The notes under the pieces: generated by a model
What the model saw: the letters and a program-made list of their open reading frames with translations, nothing else
Databases searched by the model: none
What the model was told of the DNA's origin: nothing
Part shown: positions 1-13,224 of the stretch, piece by piece
Position numbering within the stretch: position 1 is the stretch's first letter
How the letters are laid out: every line of letters starts with the position of its first letter
NCBI RefSeq assembly: GCF_001194135.2
Contig: NC_068983.1
Coordinates: 87,055,285-87,119,284, forward strand
Source of the DNA: Octopus bimaculoides
Taxonomy: Eukaryota
Direction of reading: 5' to 3'
Length of the DNA stretch: 64,000 bases
Program-made: the position numbers and the translations under genes

Positions 1-86
1 CAGCTCTGTGGCTTGTTAGATCCTGTCAAATCATCCAACCAATTCCAGCATGGAAAATGGACATTAAATGATAATGATATGTAGGT

Positions 87-205
<119 letters not shown>

Positions 206-829
206 CATGTTGAATGTGGAAGACATGCAAAGATTAGATAAAAACAAGATGAACATGCTTTGCTGGATATGCATGAATGACAAAGTATAAACGAACCTTG
301 ACATATACAATGATCACAGCTTCTGTATTTCTCTTGTCATCCCATCTACTTCCCCAACATGATTTTTTTCCTTCACAGTGACATCCATCCTTACCTTCTC
401 ATACACAGGCTTTCATACCACTTCCTTAATGATTACGCACACACGCCATCACCTCTACTATATTTTCACACTTGCACACATCTACTCACACATATACACC
501 ACATTAAAACACACACACACACATCTCCCCTTATGCCCATTTTCAGACAGATAGATTCCTTCACTTACATAAACACATCTATTTTTTTCTCTCGTGTGAA
601 CTCCTCTTCTAGAACAGCATTCCCACCTGATTTCTAACCTCTATTTCGCTCCCTCTACACTTCTCTCTATCATCTGATGAAAGACCAAAATGTTAAGAGA
701 CTTTCCATTAAAGCTACTACCTTATTTGAATAAGACTGATATTTTCTACTAGATAATTTGCTAAATGTTACAGACTAGATCTGTTGCTAGTGCATGGTCC
801 TGTCTATGTACAAGTTGAGGTACTGTAGA

Positions 830-2340
830 TAGAGCCATTACAGGTGCAAGGCAGTCTTCAAAGGATTGGAAGAGAGGGGACAGCAGTGAAAATTATCAAA
901 TAGCTATAAGATATGTCAGACATCAGGTATATACAGTAAGGGGAGAGGCAGAAAGAAGTTTGCAGATGTCCTATGACATGGAGATCAAAAGTATAAGGTG
1001 TTTTGGATTGCTTAGGTAGTGCACTACAGTGGATTGAGCGAAGTGTATACAGAATGATAACCCACTTTATACAGAATGACACCCACTTTAACCGATGACA
1101 AAAAGGAAGAGGCATGAAAATGCTACAATGAGATGCTGTTGAATGTAGAGAATGCATAGAAGAGAGAAAAGGAGGGAGGGAGGCTACCCCATGTAAATCT
1201 AACAAGGACCAGCTACCCAAAGTAGCAGCAGTATAGCAGATAGAGAAATTAGTAGATAAAGCAACAGTCAATAGGATGCTTAAGATATCTGGTGAAGTAA
1301 GCATATAGAGCAGTCACTCAAATAGTCAATTGGATAACACAGGAAGGTGTCTTACTTAATGATTGGTACTGTAATATTGTAAACTCCTTCAAGGACAAGG
1401 AGATGCACTGGAGAAAGGAAACTATAGAGGTATCAAACTACTGGACCACATTAAAGAAATTAGGTAAAGAGTTAATGCCAAAGTAATTACAAACAAAATT
1501 AGACTGGATGAGATGCAGTTTGGTTTTACTTCAGGAAAAGGTACCACTGAAGTTATATTGCTAGTAAAACACAAGTCCCTCTCCAAGAAAAGTCCTTAAC
1601 TAAAATTAATCCCCTATATTGTGCATTGTCAACCAGGAAAAGGCTTCTGACAAAGTCCTCTTTTTCTGTGACCTAGTGTTTACTAAGGAGGGTGGGGCTA
1701 GATGAATGATTTGTGAGGGCCAAACAAGCCATGTACAGAGGTGCAGGCAGCAAGGTGTGTCAATAATGAATTCAGTGATGAATTTAGCATGTTCTTACAG
1801 TAAATCTGTAGGAGATTTGGAGCAGATTCAAAATAAGGAAATAAAACACAGAATTGAAGGGTTGTAAAATAAACTTAGCAAAAACTAAGTTTTAGTATGT
1901 AAGAATGAAAGTAGGACTCTGATACTGTCAGGGAGTACTTGGTATGTAGAAAAGGAGTCAGCAGACATTCCATATAATGTCCCCAGTATCAAGAAAAGAT
2001 GCACAAGAGGTGTAGTGGAATCAGAGGCAAGATAAGAGAGAAAGTAGATTTCATATGCAGCAGGTGAACTAAAGCAATGAGCACATTGAGAACATGGGAA
2101 ATGCCTGGATGGAGAGATAGAGTGAGAGAAGTAATAAAGAGAGATAGTAAAAAAGGCTATAATGAGAATGATAACACAGTATAATGGAGGAGACATTGGC
2201 AGCTCCTTGTTTGCAGGTATAGGTGCATTGATTCCAATAGATTTGATGCATTCTCTTCTAACTCAAGCTTCAAAGGGATAGAGAAGAAAGAAATAGCAAG
2301 ATACAGATGGCGGAAGTAGGAAGGATTCAATATAAATAGT
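830..2340 (+). mobile_element. Decayed RTE-clade LINE (RT region)
   Basis: GDALEKGNYRGIKLLDH (~1399-1449) and RLDEMQFGFTSGKGTTEVI (~1501-1557), with many stops and frameshifts. Confidence 0.75.
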
Positions 2341-3193
2341 TGTGATGGCTTCCAATTTCTCATTCTTCTTTGATACTATCACCTTACTCACTCTGTTTCC
2401 CTGGTCATATCCTCTTTTCTGCAATCACTCTTTGTTTTACTTACTCCACTGGTCATGTTACCTGGAATGGACAGAGACAATGTAAAGCAGTGATGATCTT
2501 CTGCTGTCTTGCAGGATACAAGGCAACCTTATTAGAGTTGGTGCCATGATACAATGCACCCAGTACATCTCCAAAATGGTTAATGAACGAGCAGAGACAT
2601 AGTAGGATTAAGAGAACTACTTAGTCTTGTTAAGGGTATGACAACCTCATTAGTATGCTTGCTATGGTAAAAATGAACCAAGTACATGCTGCAAACTGGT
2701 TGATGAACAAGATTTGACAAGACCCCTTAGTCTTGTCAAAGACACAATTTCTCTAGTGCCAGTGTGATGATAAAATGTACCCAGTACACTCTGTAGAATA
2801 ATTATTGTCAGGAAGGGCATCCAGCTGTAGAAATAGCACAAAAATTAAATGCATGAGTGAGGCATGGTCTCCTGCCGAGGGAGACAATGATTGTGAAGAA
2901 GAACTGACTTGAAATGACGTGACCTGTCCATCCTATGTTAGCAGGGGAAGCAGGCATAAATGTTGATGTATCAATATATGTATTGTTTATAACAATATGT
3001 CCTGCGGCTTGGCATGGGAAGACCAGTGGAATGAAGTACTTCACTTGAAAACAAGTAAGGTGTGGCAGAAGAAAAGAGCATTTGGCTGTAGAATACAGCC
3101 TCAACAAGTTTTGTCTGCTTTATGCCAACAAAGAATAGAGTAGTCATAAAAACAATCTCCTAATATAATAATGAGCATAGTGTTTTTATATAT

Positions 3194-3266
<73 letters not shown>

Positions 3267-3482
3267 CATACTTGTCTAAAATCATGCAGAGTAGTATAAG
3301 TGAAGGGAGATGAGAGAAAATAGTAATTCAGTGAAGGAGAAATAGTGAGAGTAATAGCCCTGACTGAGAGGGAGTGAGAGAAAGTAATAGCAATGAGAGA
3401 GAGGAAGTGGCAAAGAGTGCATTGTGTATCTTGTTTTTCTCCTTTACAACATATGAAAGACAAAGGAAGGGGTGAAAAAGCT

Positions 3483-4062
3483 AAAATCAGCGTTTCAACT
3501 CTGTGTGAGTATATATGTGTGTGTATGCAAAAGGAGGTATGTGAATGTGTGTGTGTGTGTGCACGCAATGGAAATGGGATGATGAACGTTCAATGCTGAA
3601 AAGGAAAATCAAACAGCATTTCCACTTTGTGTGAGTATATGTGTGTACAAAGGAAGTATGTGAATGTATGTGAACATTGACAAGTGTATTAATTTGATTT
3701 ACCATCCATATCTTCTACTATAATAATACTCTTGTGTATTTCTCCGTCACAACATATGAATGAGAAAGGACGGAGTGATAGATGAATAACGAAGGAAGGG
3801 ATGATGGCAAACTTGGTAGTGGGATGAAGGAAGTGCTATGGTGAAAAAAAAAAAAATCAAACAGTGTTTCAACTCTGTGAGTATGTGTGTGTGTGTGTGT
3901 GTATATATAAAAGGGAGTCATGTGAATGTGTGTGTGTGTGTGTGTGTACAATGGAAGTGGAATGATGAACATTCAACGCTGAAAAGAAAAATCAAACAAC
4001 ATTTCAACTCTGTGTGAATATATGTGTGTATGTGTGTGCATGTACAAGGGACATATGTGAAT
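3483..4062 (+). repeat. Degenerate minisatellite with higher-order duplication
   Basis: Four copies of AAAATCA(AACA)G..TTTCAACTCTGTGTGAGTAT(GT)n...TGTGAATG. Confidence 0.7.
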
Positions 4063-6857
4063 GTTTGTCTCTGTGATTATTATGTACCTTATTTATATAT
4101 AAAACACTACAATTAGCCGTCATTTTTGATGCTAGTAATGATAATAATATACACTGCCTCCTCCCCTCTTAAAAGTTAAAAAAAATTATTTTTTTTATCT
4201 TGCAAGTACTTAGTGACCCTGTCAGCACAGGTCCCACTTAAAAGCACCCAGTTTACACTGTAAAGTGGTTGGTGTTCGGAAGGGCATCCAGCTGTAAAAA
4301 CCTTGCCAAAACTGACCTAGCTTGTGCTTGTGCCACATAATAAGCACTACTCACCTTGCCTGTGCTTGTGCCACGTAAAAAGCACTAAGTCCACTCTGCT
4401 GAGTGGTTGGTGTTAGGAAGGGCATCCAGCTGTAAAAATCCAGCCAGAACAGTCACAGAAGTCTGGTGCAGGCTTCAGCCTGGCCGGCTCTTGTGGTACT
4501 GTCCCACCCATGCTAGCATGGAAGATGGACGTTAAACAATGATGATGATGATGATGATGAGTAGAATGTGATTTATGAGAGATTTGGTTGCCATTTTGAG
4601 CCAGTTGAGCAATCATATGTTAAATAATTAAAAAAAACAACTTATCTGCTAATGAGCAATACTGTAACTTTCTGTCCCTCTGTCTTACACTTTCTGTACC
4701 ATCTTATGTATGAACTAAGGCAGAGGAAGGAGTGAATTTGTTCATCATTTTACTGAGGTAGTTGCTTTTAGGAGCAATGACTTTTTAACTAAGGCAGTGA
4801 GGTTGATATGGGGAGGTGTTTTCAGTCACACACACATTTATATATTGATATGATCGTCTTAATAAGATTCAGTAATAACAAAAAAGAAAGAAATTAGCAC
4901 ATTATTCATGTCTCAATTTACTCAATTCAGAAATGTGTATCATTCCCATTGTAGCAATGCAAAACACTAGACTTCACAAATTTAATTTTCTACAACCAGG
5001 TAACCTGTACTCATGCAGAAGAATTGATATAAAAATATCTTAAATGGCTAGTAGTATTTCTTATGGCTTTTTACATGAGGGGTAGGGAAACTTTTTAGCA
5101 TAGCGGGCAAAAATTTCCAATGAAAAAGGTCTCATATCTGTGTAAATCTTGTATATATCTATGTATAATTTGATATACATTAATAAAGATAAGTTTAACA
5201 CATTAAATTAATGCATAACATCTTCTTTAATACTGCCACTGAATTTAGGATGTTTATATTACTTATGTGGTATTCTATATTTTTCAGTTAGAGTGTAGTC
5301 GGGTCTCAAGGGGATGGTACAAACCTAGTAATATGTGTTTTATAGTAAAAATAAAATTTCCATTCAAATGGCAATTACCGGATGATTTCTGTTCAAGTCT
5401 AACCATTTTAAGTCGTAGTGGAAATGCGACCTATATTGATAATAGGCATATGAATATTGTATAAATTTTATAATTGAAAATTTTATTATATTTTGTACAT
5501 AGGAGTACATCAGTCTGTGGGCACAATAAAATATGCTCGTGGGCAGGGGTTTCCCCACCCCTGTGTTACATTCTGAGTTCAAAATTCTGCCAAGGTTAAT
5601 TTTGCTTTCATCTCTGCAGGGTTGATAAAATAAAATATTAATCAAATACTGGTGTCAATCTGATCAACAACCCACAAATGCAATTTTCTGGTCTTGTGCA
5701 TAATCATAATCATCATTGTCATCATTATTTTAACATCTACATTCCATGCTTGTGTGGGTTCAACATGATTTCTACAGCTGAATACCCTTCCTGTTGCCAA
5801 GCCTCACTGGATTCAAGTCCTGTCAGAGTGAACATTGCTTTTCAACATGTAGTCTTAGTCTAAGCATTACTGGTGTTGCAAATATGAATATTCCAATGGT
5901 AGATTAAGTAGGGTGTCAGCTAGACTAGTTGCATTTGTCCAAGGAGAGGAGATTGTAGGTATGATGGAGGGTACCACCTGTGAGGGAGGGGGGGTTCGGA
6001 CAGAGAAACAGAGGAAACAAGCTCGTCCATATATACACACAAGCATGCACACAGACAGACAAAAACAAGCATGCATGCACACGTGCACACACACACACAG
6101 AGGAACAAGCACGCATGTACAGCCCATTAGCTTTCTCTTTCACTTTGATATGTCCATGGAAAATTACTGGGTAGTTGATGACAAATTTCTAGACAAAACG
6201 AAATGAAAGATAGCAGGTTGAGTAGGTGGGCAGCTAAGCTAGTTGCATTTGTCCCAGGAGAGAGAGAGAGAGAGAAAAAAAGAGAGTGAGTGCAGGTAAT
6301 ATAGAGGACAGTACCAGTGAGGAATGGAGAGGAGAGAAGAGATATCTGGTAATAGTGGTGGGAGGAAAGAGAGATTATCCGGTGTAGATGGTGGGAGGAG
6401 AGAGAGAGATAAAAATATCCGGTATTGGTGGTGGGGGCGGGAGCACCATGAACAATCAAGGTTTAATTTGGGGGAGATAGTAAAGTTAAATTAGCTTATG
6501 AAACTAGCAATTGATAAATGATATTCATTTAAAGTGTTCATGGCAGATGACAAATTAAACATCCAAAGAAATGAGAAATTATCTTAGCAAAATTATATGA
6601 AGAATTAAGGAGGAACAAAGGCTGAGAGAGAGAGATTAAGAAGTTATATATTGAGGGGTCAGTTTAAATGGTTAGCTTATGAAAGTAGCTGTTAGTAAAT
6701 AATACATTTAAAAAAGTATTAATGGCGAATGAATGTATGAAAGATCGGGTCTCGTACTGATGCTAGAATTCAACACGTCTTGCAACATCATACTTAATCA
6801 TCTCAAATTAACAATGAACCTGCCATGAGAAACAACAAAAAGAAACCATTTACTTAC

Positions 6858-7081
6858 GAACATTATCAAGTTTTTCAATGTTTGGTAGAGTGCGGATTAC
6901 AGTATTTCTATAGTTTTCTAGTTCAGATATTGGGTTTTTCTGTATCCACAATACTTTCAGGTTGGGTAGTTCTTTCAAATAGCAAAGTTCACCAAGAGTT
7001 GAAATATTGTTATTTCGGACATAAAGCTCTCGTAACTTTTTACAATTCTGGAAGTCTTTAATTGATTCAATAAAATTACTG
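6858..7081 (-). CDS. CFAP410: CFAP410-like coding exon 3 (LRR + LRRcap)
   Basis: SNFIESIKDFQNCKKLRELYVRNNNISTLGELCYLKELPNLKVLWIQKNPISELENYRNTVIRTLPNIEKLDNV. LxxLxLxxN repeats and the YRxxVIxxLPxLxxLD LRRcap motif. Acceptor TTTTGCAG, donor GTAAGT. Confidence 0.9.
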
Positions 7082-7534
7082 CTGCAAAAGGCAAATTGAT
7101 ATGCTGTTAGTGTATTTTCTCTAAAAAAATTAAACATAGCCAGTATATTGGTTTAAAATAATTTGAACATATACTGATAGTATATGGTGTTAATATATAT
7201 TTGTCTATACTTTTAAGAAACATCATCAATGTCTAATGAAAAGTTTGACAAGAAAACACAATTTACAAAACAAATTCATTTAATAATAAAGAGTGAAACA
7301 TTTGTTAGACTTCAGGACATCACCATCATTATTATAACTTTAAAGTCCACTTTTTGATGCTTACATGGGTAAGAATTCATTGGGGTTCATATTTTTACTA
7401 TCAGAAACTTTTCCAATTGCCAACCTTCACCTGTTTCCAAGTAAGGTAATATTTTCCCATGGCAGAACAAGTTTTCATGGAAGGTTGGGAATGAATGAAA
7501 CTGCTTGTATGACAGTAACACTTGTTTACAACTG

Positions 7535-7875
7535 TGACATAGAGTAAAGGCCCCCTTCAGTCATGAATGACCATGAGATTACACTGAGAAAGTTCCCCTC
7601 TGAGGCACAATTCTGGGCAAAGTTCCTTATGGAAAACTAGCAGTTGCCCATGCATACCAGCCTCCCCTCTCCATGTCACTCATGTTATGAAAGGCAAAGG
7701 CCGAAACAGCTTGGCACCAGTGATGTCACAACTCATTTCTATAGCTGAGTGAACTGGAGCAATGTAAAATAAAATGTCTTGTTCAAGAACACAACACACA
7801 GTCCGGCCCAGGAATCAAACTCACTACCTCATGATTGTGAGCCTGACACTCTAACTACTGAGCCATGCACCTTCA
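7535..7875 (-). mobile_element. tRNA-headed SINE with CORE-like central domain
   Basis: Minus-strand A/B-box-like head (7800-7875) followed by TGTTGTGTTCTTGAACAAGACATTT...CCAGTTCACTCAGCT. Confidence 0.55.
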
Positions 7876-8542
7876 CTATCACATACTGGCAAGACAAGTA
7901 GACACAAATATACATATTCACACACACACATGCACGTGTGTCTATCAGATCCACTCAAAACATTTTGTTTACCCCAAGGCAACAGTTGAAGACACATGCC
8001 CAAGGTCGCACACGGAAGGACTGAATCTAAAACCATGTGGTTGGAAAGCAAGCTTCTTAACCACACAGCCATGCTGGCATCTACTGGAAAATATTTAGAT
8101 GGCTTACACTGAGTACAAGAAACAGCCTATATAGATACCTGCCTGCCTATCTATGGAAGTATATATACTCATAATAATCTTATATCTATTTTACCATGCT
8201 TGCATGGTTAGGACAAGTGTCATTCAGTACAATCATATACCACTTGTTGCAATCTCTCAACATCTTCTTTAGGTTCAGCCTCCTGAAATCAGCCTTCACC
8301 ATTTCTCCCTCTGACTAACTCTTGGTCTTTGTGCTATTGATTGCTCTTTTATTATAATAGCATTCAAATCTAGAATACATTATTGGAACATAAATTAACT
8401 CCAGTACTTGATTAATACATTATTTCATCGACTTTGGAAGGACGAAAGGTAAAATTGACCTCAGTAGTATTTGAACTCAGAACATAGGGACCATAACTAA
8501 ATAGTGCTAATCTAATGATTCTAACGATCTATCACCAAACAT

Positions 8543-8985
8543 AGGTGCAGGAGTGGCTATGTGGATAGGTGCAGAAGTGGCTGTGTGGTAAGAAACTGAC
8601 TTCCCAACCACATGGTTCTGGGTTCAGTCCCGCTGTGTGACAATTTGGGCAAGTGTCTTCTCCTATAGCCTCGGGCCGACCAAAGCCTTGTGAGTGGATT
8701 TGGTAGACAGAAACTTAAAGAAGCCTGTCGTGTGCAGGTGACATGTAAAAACACCATTTGAGCATGGCTGTTGCTATTACCGCCTGACTGGCCCTCGTGC
8801 CAGTGGCACGTAAAAGCACCCACTACACTCTCGGAGTGGTTAGCATTAGGAAGGGCATCCAGCTGTAGAAACTCAGCCAGATCAGATTGGAGCCTGGTGC
8901 AGCCATCTGGCTCACTAGTCCCCAGTCAAACCGTCCAACCCATGCCAGCATGGAAAGCGGATGTTAAACGATGACAATGATGATA
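8543..8985 (+). mobile_element. tRNA-headed SINE with (ATG)n tail (dominant family; tail copies also at ~1-75, 4217-4560, 14930-15130(-), 17938-18130(-), 19340-19560, 38480-38785, 40160-40345, 42955-43140(-), 46790-47168, 49635-49815(-), 56710-56960(-))
   Basis: A-box-like TGGCTGTGTGG and B-box-like GGTTCAGTCCC; body GGGCAAGTGTCTTC...GTGAGTGGATTTGGTAGAC; shared tail AGGAAGGGCATCCAGCTGTA...CATGCCAGCATGGAAA..GGACGTTAAATGATGATG. Confidence 0.8.
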
Positions 8986-9506
8986 TATGTATTTGTGTGT
9001 CTGTCCCCCACCCACCTCGCCCATTGCTTGACAACCGATGTTGGTGTGTTTACGTCCCCATAAAACTTAGTGGTTGGGGACAAGAGACCGATAAAATAAG
9101 TACTAGGTTTACAAAGAACAAGTCCTGGGGTCGATTTCTTCAATTAGAGGCAGTACTCCAGCATGGCTGCAGTCAAATGACTGAAATTAGTAAAAGAATA
9201 AACTAATATTAAATAATCTATTATAAACCTCTTTAAAGGCAGAGAGTGGGCAGAACTGTTAGCATGCTGGGCATAATGCTTAGCAGCATTTTGTCTGTCA
9301 TGACATTCTGAGTTCAAATGCTGCTGAGGTTGACTTTGCTTTTCTCTCTTTTGGTTGAATACTGGGTTGAATACTGGTTGAATACTGGGTCAACATAATC
9401 GATTTAGCTCCACCTCTTGTGCCAAATTTGAAATCAATCTATTACCAATACCATCATCATTTTAATGTCCACTTTTTCATGCTTGCATGAGTTAGATGGA
9501 ATTTGT

Positions 9507-9884
9507 GGAGGTGCAATGGCCTAGTGATTAGGGCAGCGGACTCATGGTTGTAGGATCGTGATTTTGATTCCCAGACTAGGTGTTGTGAGTGTTTATTGTG
9601 CGAAAACACCTAAAGCTCCACGAGGTTCCGGCAGGGGGTGGGGGTGTTGCTGGTGAACACTGCTGTATCCTTTCACCACAACTTCCTCTCACTCTTTCCT
9701 CTTGTTTCTGTTGTACCTGTATTTCAAAGGGCCAGCCTTGTCATGCTGAATCTCCCTGAGAACTACATAAAGGGTACACGTGTCTGTGGAGTGCTCAGTC
9801 ACTTGTATGTTAATTTCCTGAGCAGGCTGTTCCGTTGATCGGATTAACTGGAACCATTGTCGTCACAACGAATGAAAAGTCACG
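9507..9884 (+). mobile_element. tRNA-headed SINE nested in an older repeat
   Basis: A box TGGCCTAGTGATTAG; 13-bp TSD AGATGGAATTTGT at 9494-9506 and 9885-9897. Confidence 0.75.
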
Positions 9885-10826
9885 AGATGGAATTTGTTAA
9901 GGTGGATTTTCTATGGCTGGATGCTCTTTCTGTCATCAGCCTCACCATGACCAGACATGTTTTCATGGAGGATTGAAAACAAAGGACACTGCTTGCATGA
10001 CAGTGATACTTGATTACAACTATTACACAATGTCAAGACAAGGAGACAGTAACATACACACACACAAACACATACACATATATACATATGTACACGACAG
10101 GCTTCTTTCAGTTTCTATCTATCAAATCCATTCACAAGGCTTTAGTTGGCCTGGGGTTACAGTTGAAGACACTTGCCCAAGGTGCTATGCAGTGAGACTG
10201 AACCTGGAACCATGTGATTGGGAATAAAAATTCTTATCACACAGCCATACCTGCATCTTAATATTAAATAATTGCTAATAAATATTAAATAACCTATATC
10301 AAATAAAATAGTAGTTAAAATGAACACACAGACCCTGTTGACTAATGGTAAACACAACCACAATAACGGGAGGCAACTGCCAAAAATAGACTGTTGAATC
10401 ATAGTAGAGATCACTTGGCAACAAAGAGAGATCAGATTAGGACCATAATTAAGATAGATTAATTAAGACCAATTCATAACTGAGTCAGATTTCATCATCA
10501 CTAAAAGATTATCAGCCAACAATAAATATATAGTCAAGGATGATAGACAATGTAAGTACTTTTAAATGACTCATCCTACTGCAACATGTTATTAACATGA
10601 TTTAGCTCTTTCAACCTCAATTTTAATTTAATTAAAAAAACAACTTAACTTCTTTAAAAGAGAGAAAGTACAGTAAAATGTCTAGACAGTTAATTTACAA
10701 ATAACAAGCAAAATAACAATCATGAATGTATATATATATATAAAAGGTTAAACTGCTCCAAACTATCTCTAGCCTATTTTTTTTGTTTTTACTTAATTTT
10801 TGTTTTAAATTTTATTTCAATCTTAC

Positions 10827-10892
10827 CTAATGCTGCATACTTCCAAGTTTGCTAGTTTATTCATTACTGTAATGTCAGATAAATCACAAGAC
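10827..10892 (-). CDS. CFAP410: CFAP410-like coding exon 2 (66 nt)
   Basis: Long poly-T tract + AG acceptor; (W)SCDLSDITVMNKLANLEVCSI(S); donor GTAAGA. Phase 2 to phase 2, compatible with both neighbouring exons. Matches CFAP410 [23 protein letters not shown]. Confidence 0.88.
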
Positions 10893-12971
10893 CTAAAAAA
10901 GAAAAAAAAAAAAAAAGAAATAATAATAACAACAACAATAATAATAAATGAAGAAACTTTCAAGATACTAAGATCTGGAAATAGAGGTAATTTGAATGTG
11001 GAGCCTAAAAACAGAAACAATTCTTATTATAGTAGGCAGATTAGGTATGATAAAAACACATTCAGACAAATACATAACAAAAACACCAGGACTTACAAGT
11101 ATATATAACATACAGAAAATAGCACTACTAGGCACTGCACACATCCTATATAAAACACTTTCGATACAGTGAAAATAAGAGTACCACAACAAACCACAGT
11201 ACATACCCAAGGTACACAGAGCTGTGCTTGGTAGTGCAGTGAAAGCACATGATAAAGATAAGATTACTGAATAATAATAATAAATGCCCAGATGCAATAC
11301 CAGGCACTGGCTCTCATGGCTTCTGATGGAAGTGATATCAAGTATATGTTTTGTCTTAGTGTAAAAGAGAGGCTTGTCAGTTGTTTGACCTTAACTAGTT
11401 GAGCACGTCTCTTGGTGGTTGACAATATGTGCATCTCTGATTATGAGCAGAAGTAGTGGGGGAGCATCATAGCCATGTGTTGAGAGGAATTCTTTGGGGT
11501 TTGAATAATTTATCTCTGGAAACATGGGTATTTCATTCAACGTCCTTATTCAGGGTCCTTTTGAGTAGGATGGGCTACTAGACCTAAAGAAAATTCTAAC
11601 AGGGCCCCATGTGCAAAGTTATGCACTGTTTATCTTGATATGAAATCACTATGTTGTGCACATATGGTTGTGATGCATGTGCCTGATGTACTTTTATCAG
11701 ATGGGTACATTGGGCTTTGTATATTTGTACCCCAGTGTCACTTTGATGGCATGCACTGCTCTCTCACTCAATAATAATAATGATAATTTTAAATTTTGGC
11801 ACAAAGCCAGCAGTTTTGGGGGAGGGGTAAGTCGATTACATCAACCTCAGTATTCAACTGGCACTTATTTTATCAATCCTGGTGGAATTTGAACTCAGAA
11901 TGTAACCACCTACACTTTTTTCTGCAAAATAGGGGTAGCTTATCCTGTTCAGGCTATATTATTAGCATTATCCTGCGATTGAGAATTTAAAAATCACTTC
12001 TTTAACATTATATTAAACTATAATTAAATTACAACAGTTATTATAATCCACTCTGCATTGTTGTGCCATTCAAGACACATTATATTTCACAAACAATACA
12101 CAATGCTTCTAGTGAACTACAATACTCTCTTAAAAATAATGTTTTTAGCATAGGTACAAGACCTGAAATTTGAAGGAAGGAGTAATTAGTCGATGATTGA
12201 CAGGTACTTATTTTCTCAACCCTGAAAAAATGAAAGGCAAAGTTTATCTCAGTGGGATTTGAACTCAGAATGTTAAAGGCCAAATCAAATACCACAAAGT
12301 ATTTTGTCTATATTCAAATGATTCTGCCACTCCCATGTCCCATATAATAATAATGATATAAAAAGCTGATAACTTCACTATCAAAATTCTTAAATTTTAC
12401 ATATATAAAAATACTAGACTACCTGTGACTCATTGGTTCAGCAGGAAACTCTGAGTTTCCCAGCAATGGAATTTTGTTTCCTGGAATTTTTCTTTTCCAG
12501 GTTATTTCAATGAATGTGACATTAAAAGGTTAGAGTTTCTTCCCTTTCAGGATGAAGTTAAATTCGAAACATTTTCCCATTATGCACCGTTTTGGGTATT
12601 TATACCCCGCAAACCCTGAATATCTCAATAACTGCTGCTCCAATTTAAGTATAACTTGTTTCATTAACATTTCAAGGTAAAGTCAATTCATAGTATTTTC
12701 CCATTATGCTCCAGTTTGGCTGGGTAACATTGCAAGCAAACAAACAAGATTCAAACTGACTTTTAATGTATTATAGATATGTTTGTCTTCCATTGTGCTA
12801 CATTTTTTTTGTATTTCCTTTCATTTTATTCCAGATACATGATTTGCAATAATTACCTATAGCATATTTCAAGTTTGACAGTTGATGGAATTCCACTGTT
12901 CTAGAATCTCACAAGAAATCATCTTCAATCAATGAATATCTAATTTGTCTCTGGTATTTACGTCTTCTTTG

Positions 12972-12985
12972 GTTGCCATGGTTAC
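12972..12985. promoter_or_regulatory. RFX X-box motif
   Basis: GTTGCCATGGTTAC (reverse complement GTAACCATGGCAAC) matches the consensus GTNRCC-N0-3-RGYAAC; it lies in intron 1 of a ciliary gene. Confidence 0.5.
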
Positions 12986-13089
12986 AAACTAAAGGATTTA
13001 GCATCAGGAAAGCAATTAAGCCACTGCCAGCAATTTCATGTTCATTTTTTATTTTGGAAGAAAATAAATGAACACACACACACATATAC

Positions 13090-13131
<42 letters not shown>

Positions 13132-13224
13132 AAGAAATGGTAGTAGCTGCTCTCTCCAATGCTCATTCAGTGACCTTTTCTTTTTTCCTGTTACTGATAT
13201 AAAACAGGAATGTATGGTTATGCA

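Noticed and set aside
12480-12840. Cluster of plus-strand acceptor-like sites with peptide GYFNECDIKRLEFLPFQDEVKF
   Set aside because: No coherent donor/acceptor pairing (the implied intron is 22 nt), no recognisable homology, and it overlaps repeat-like sequence.
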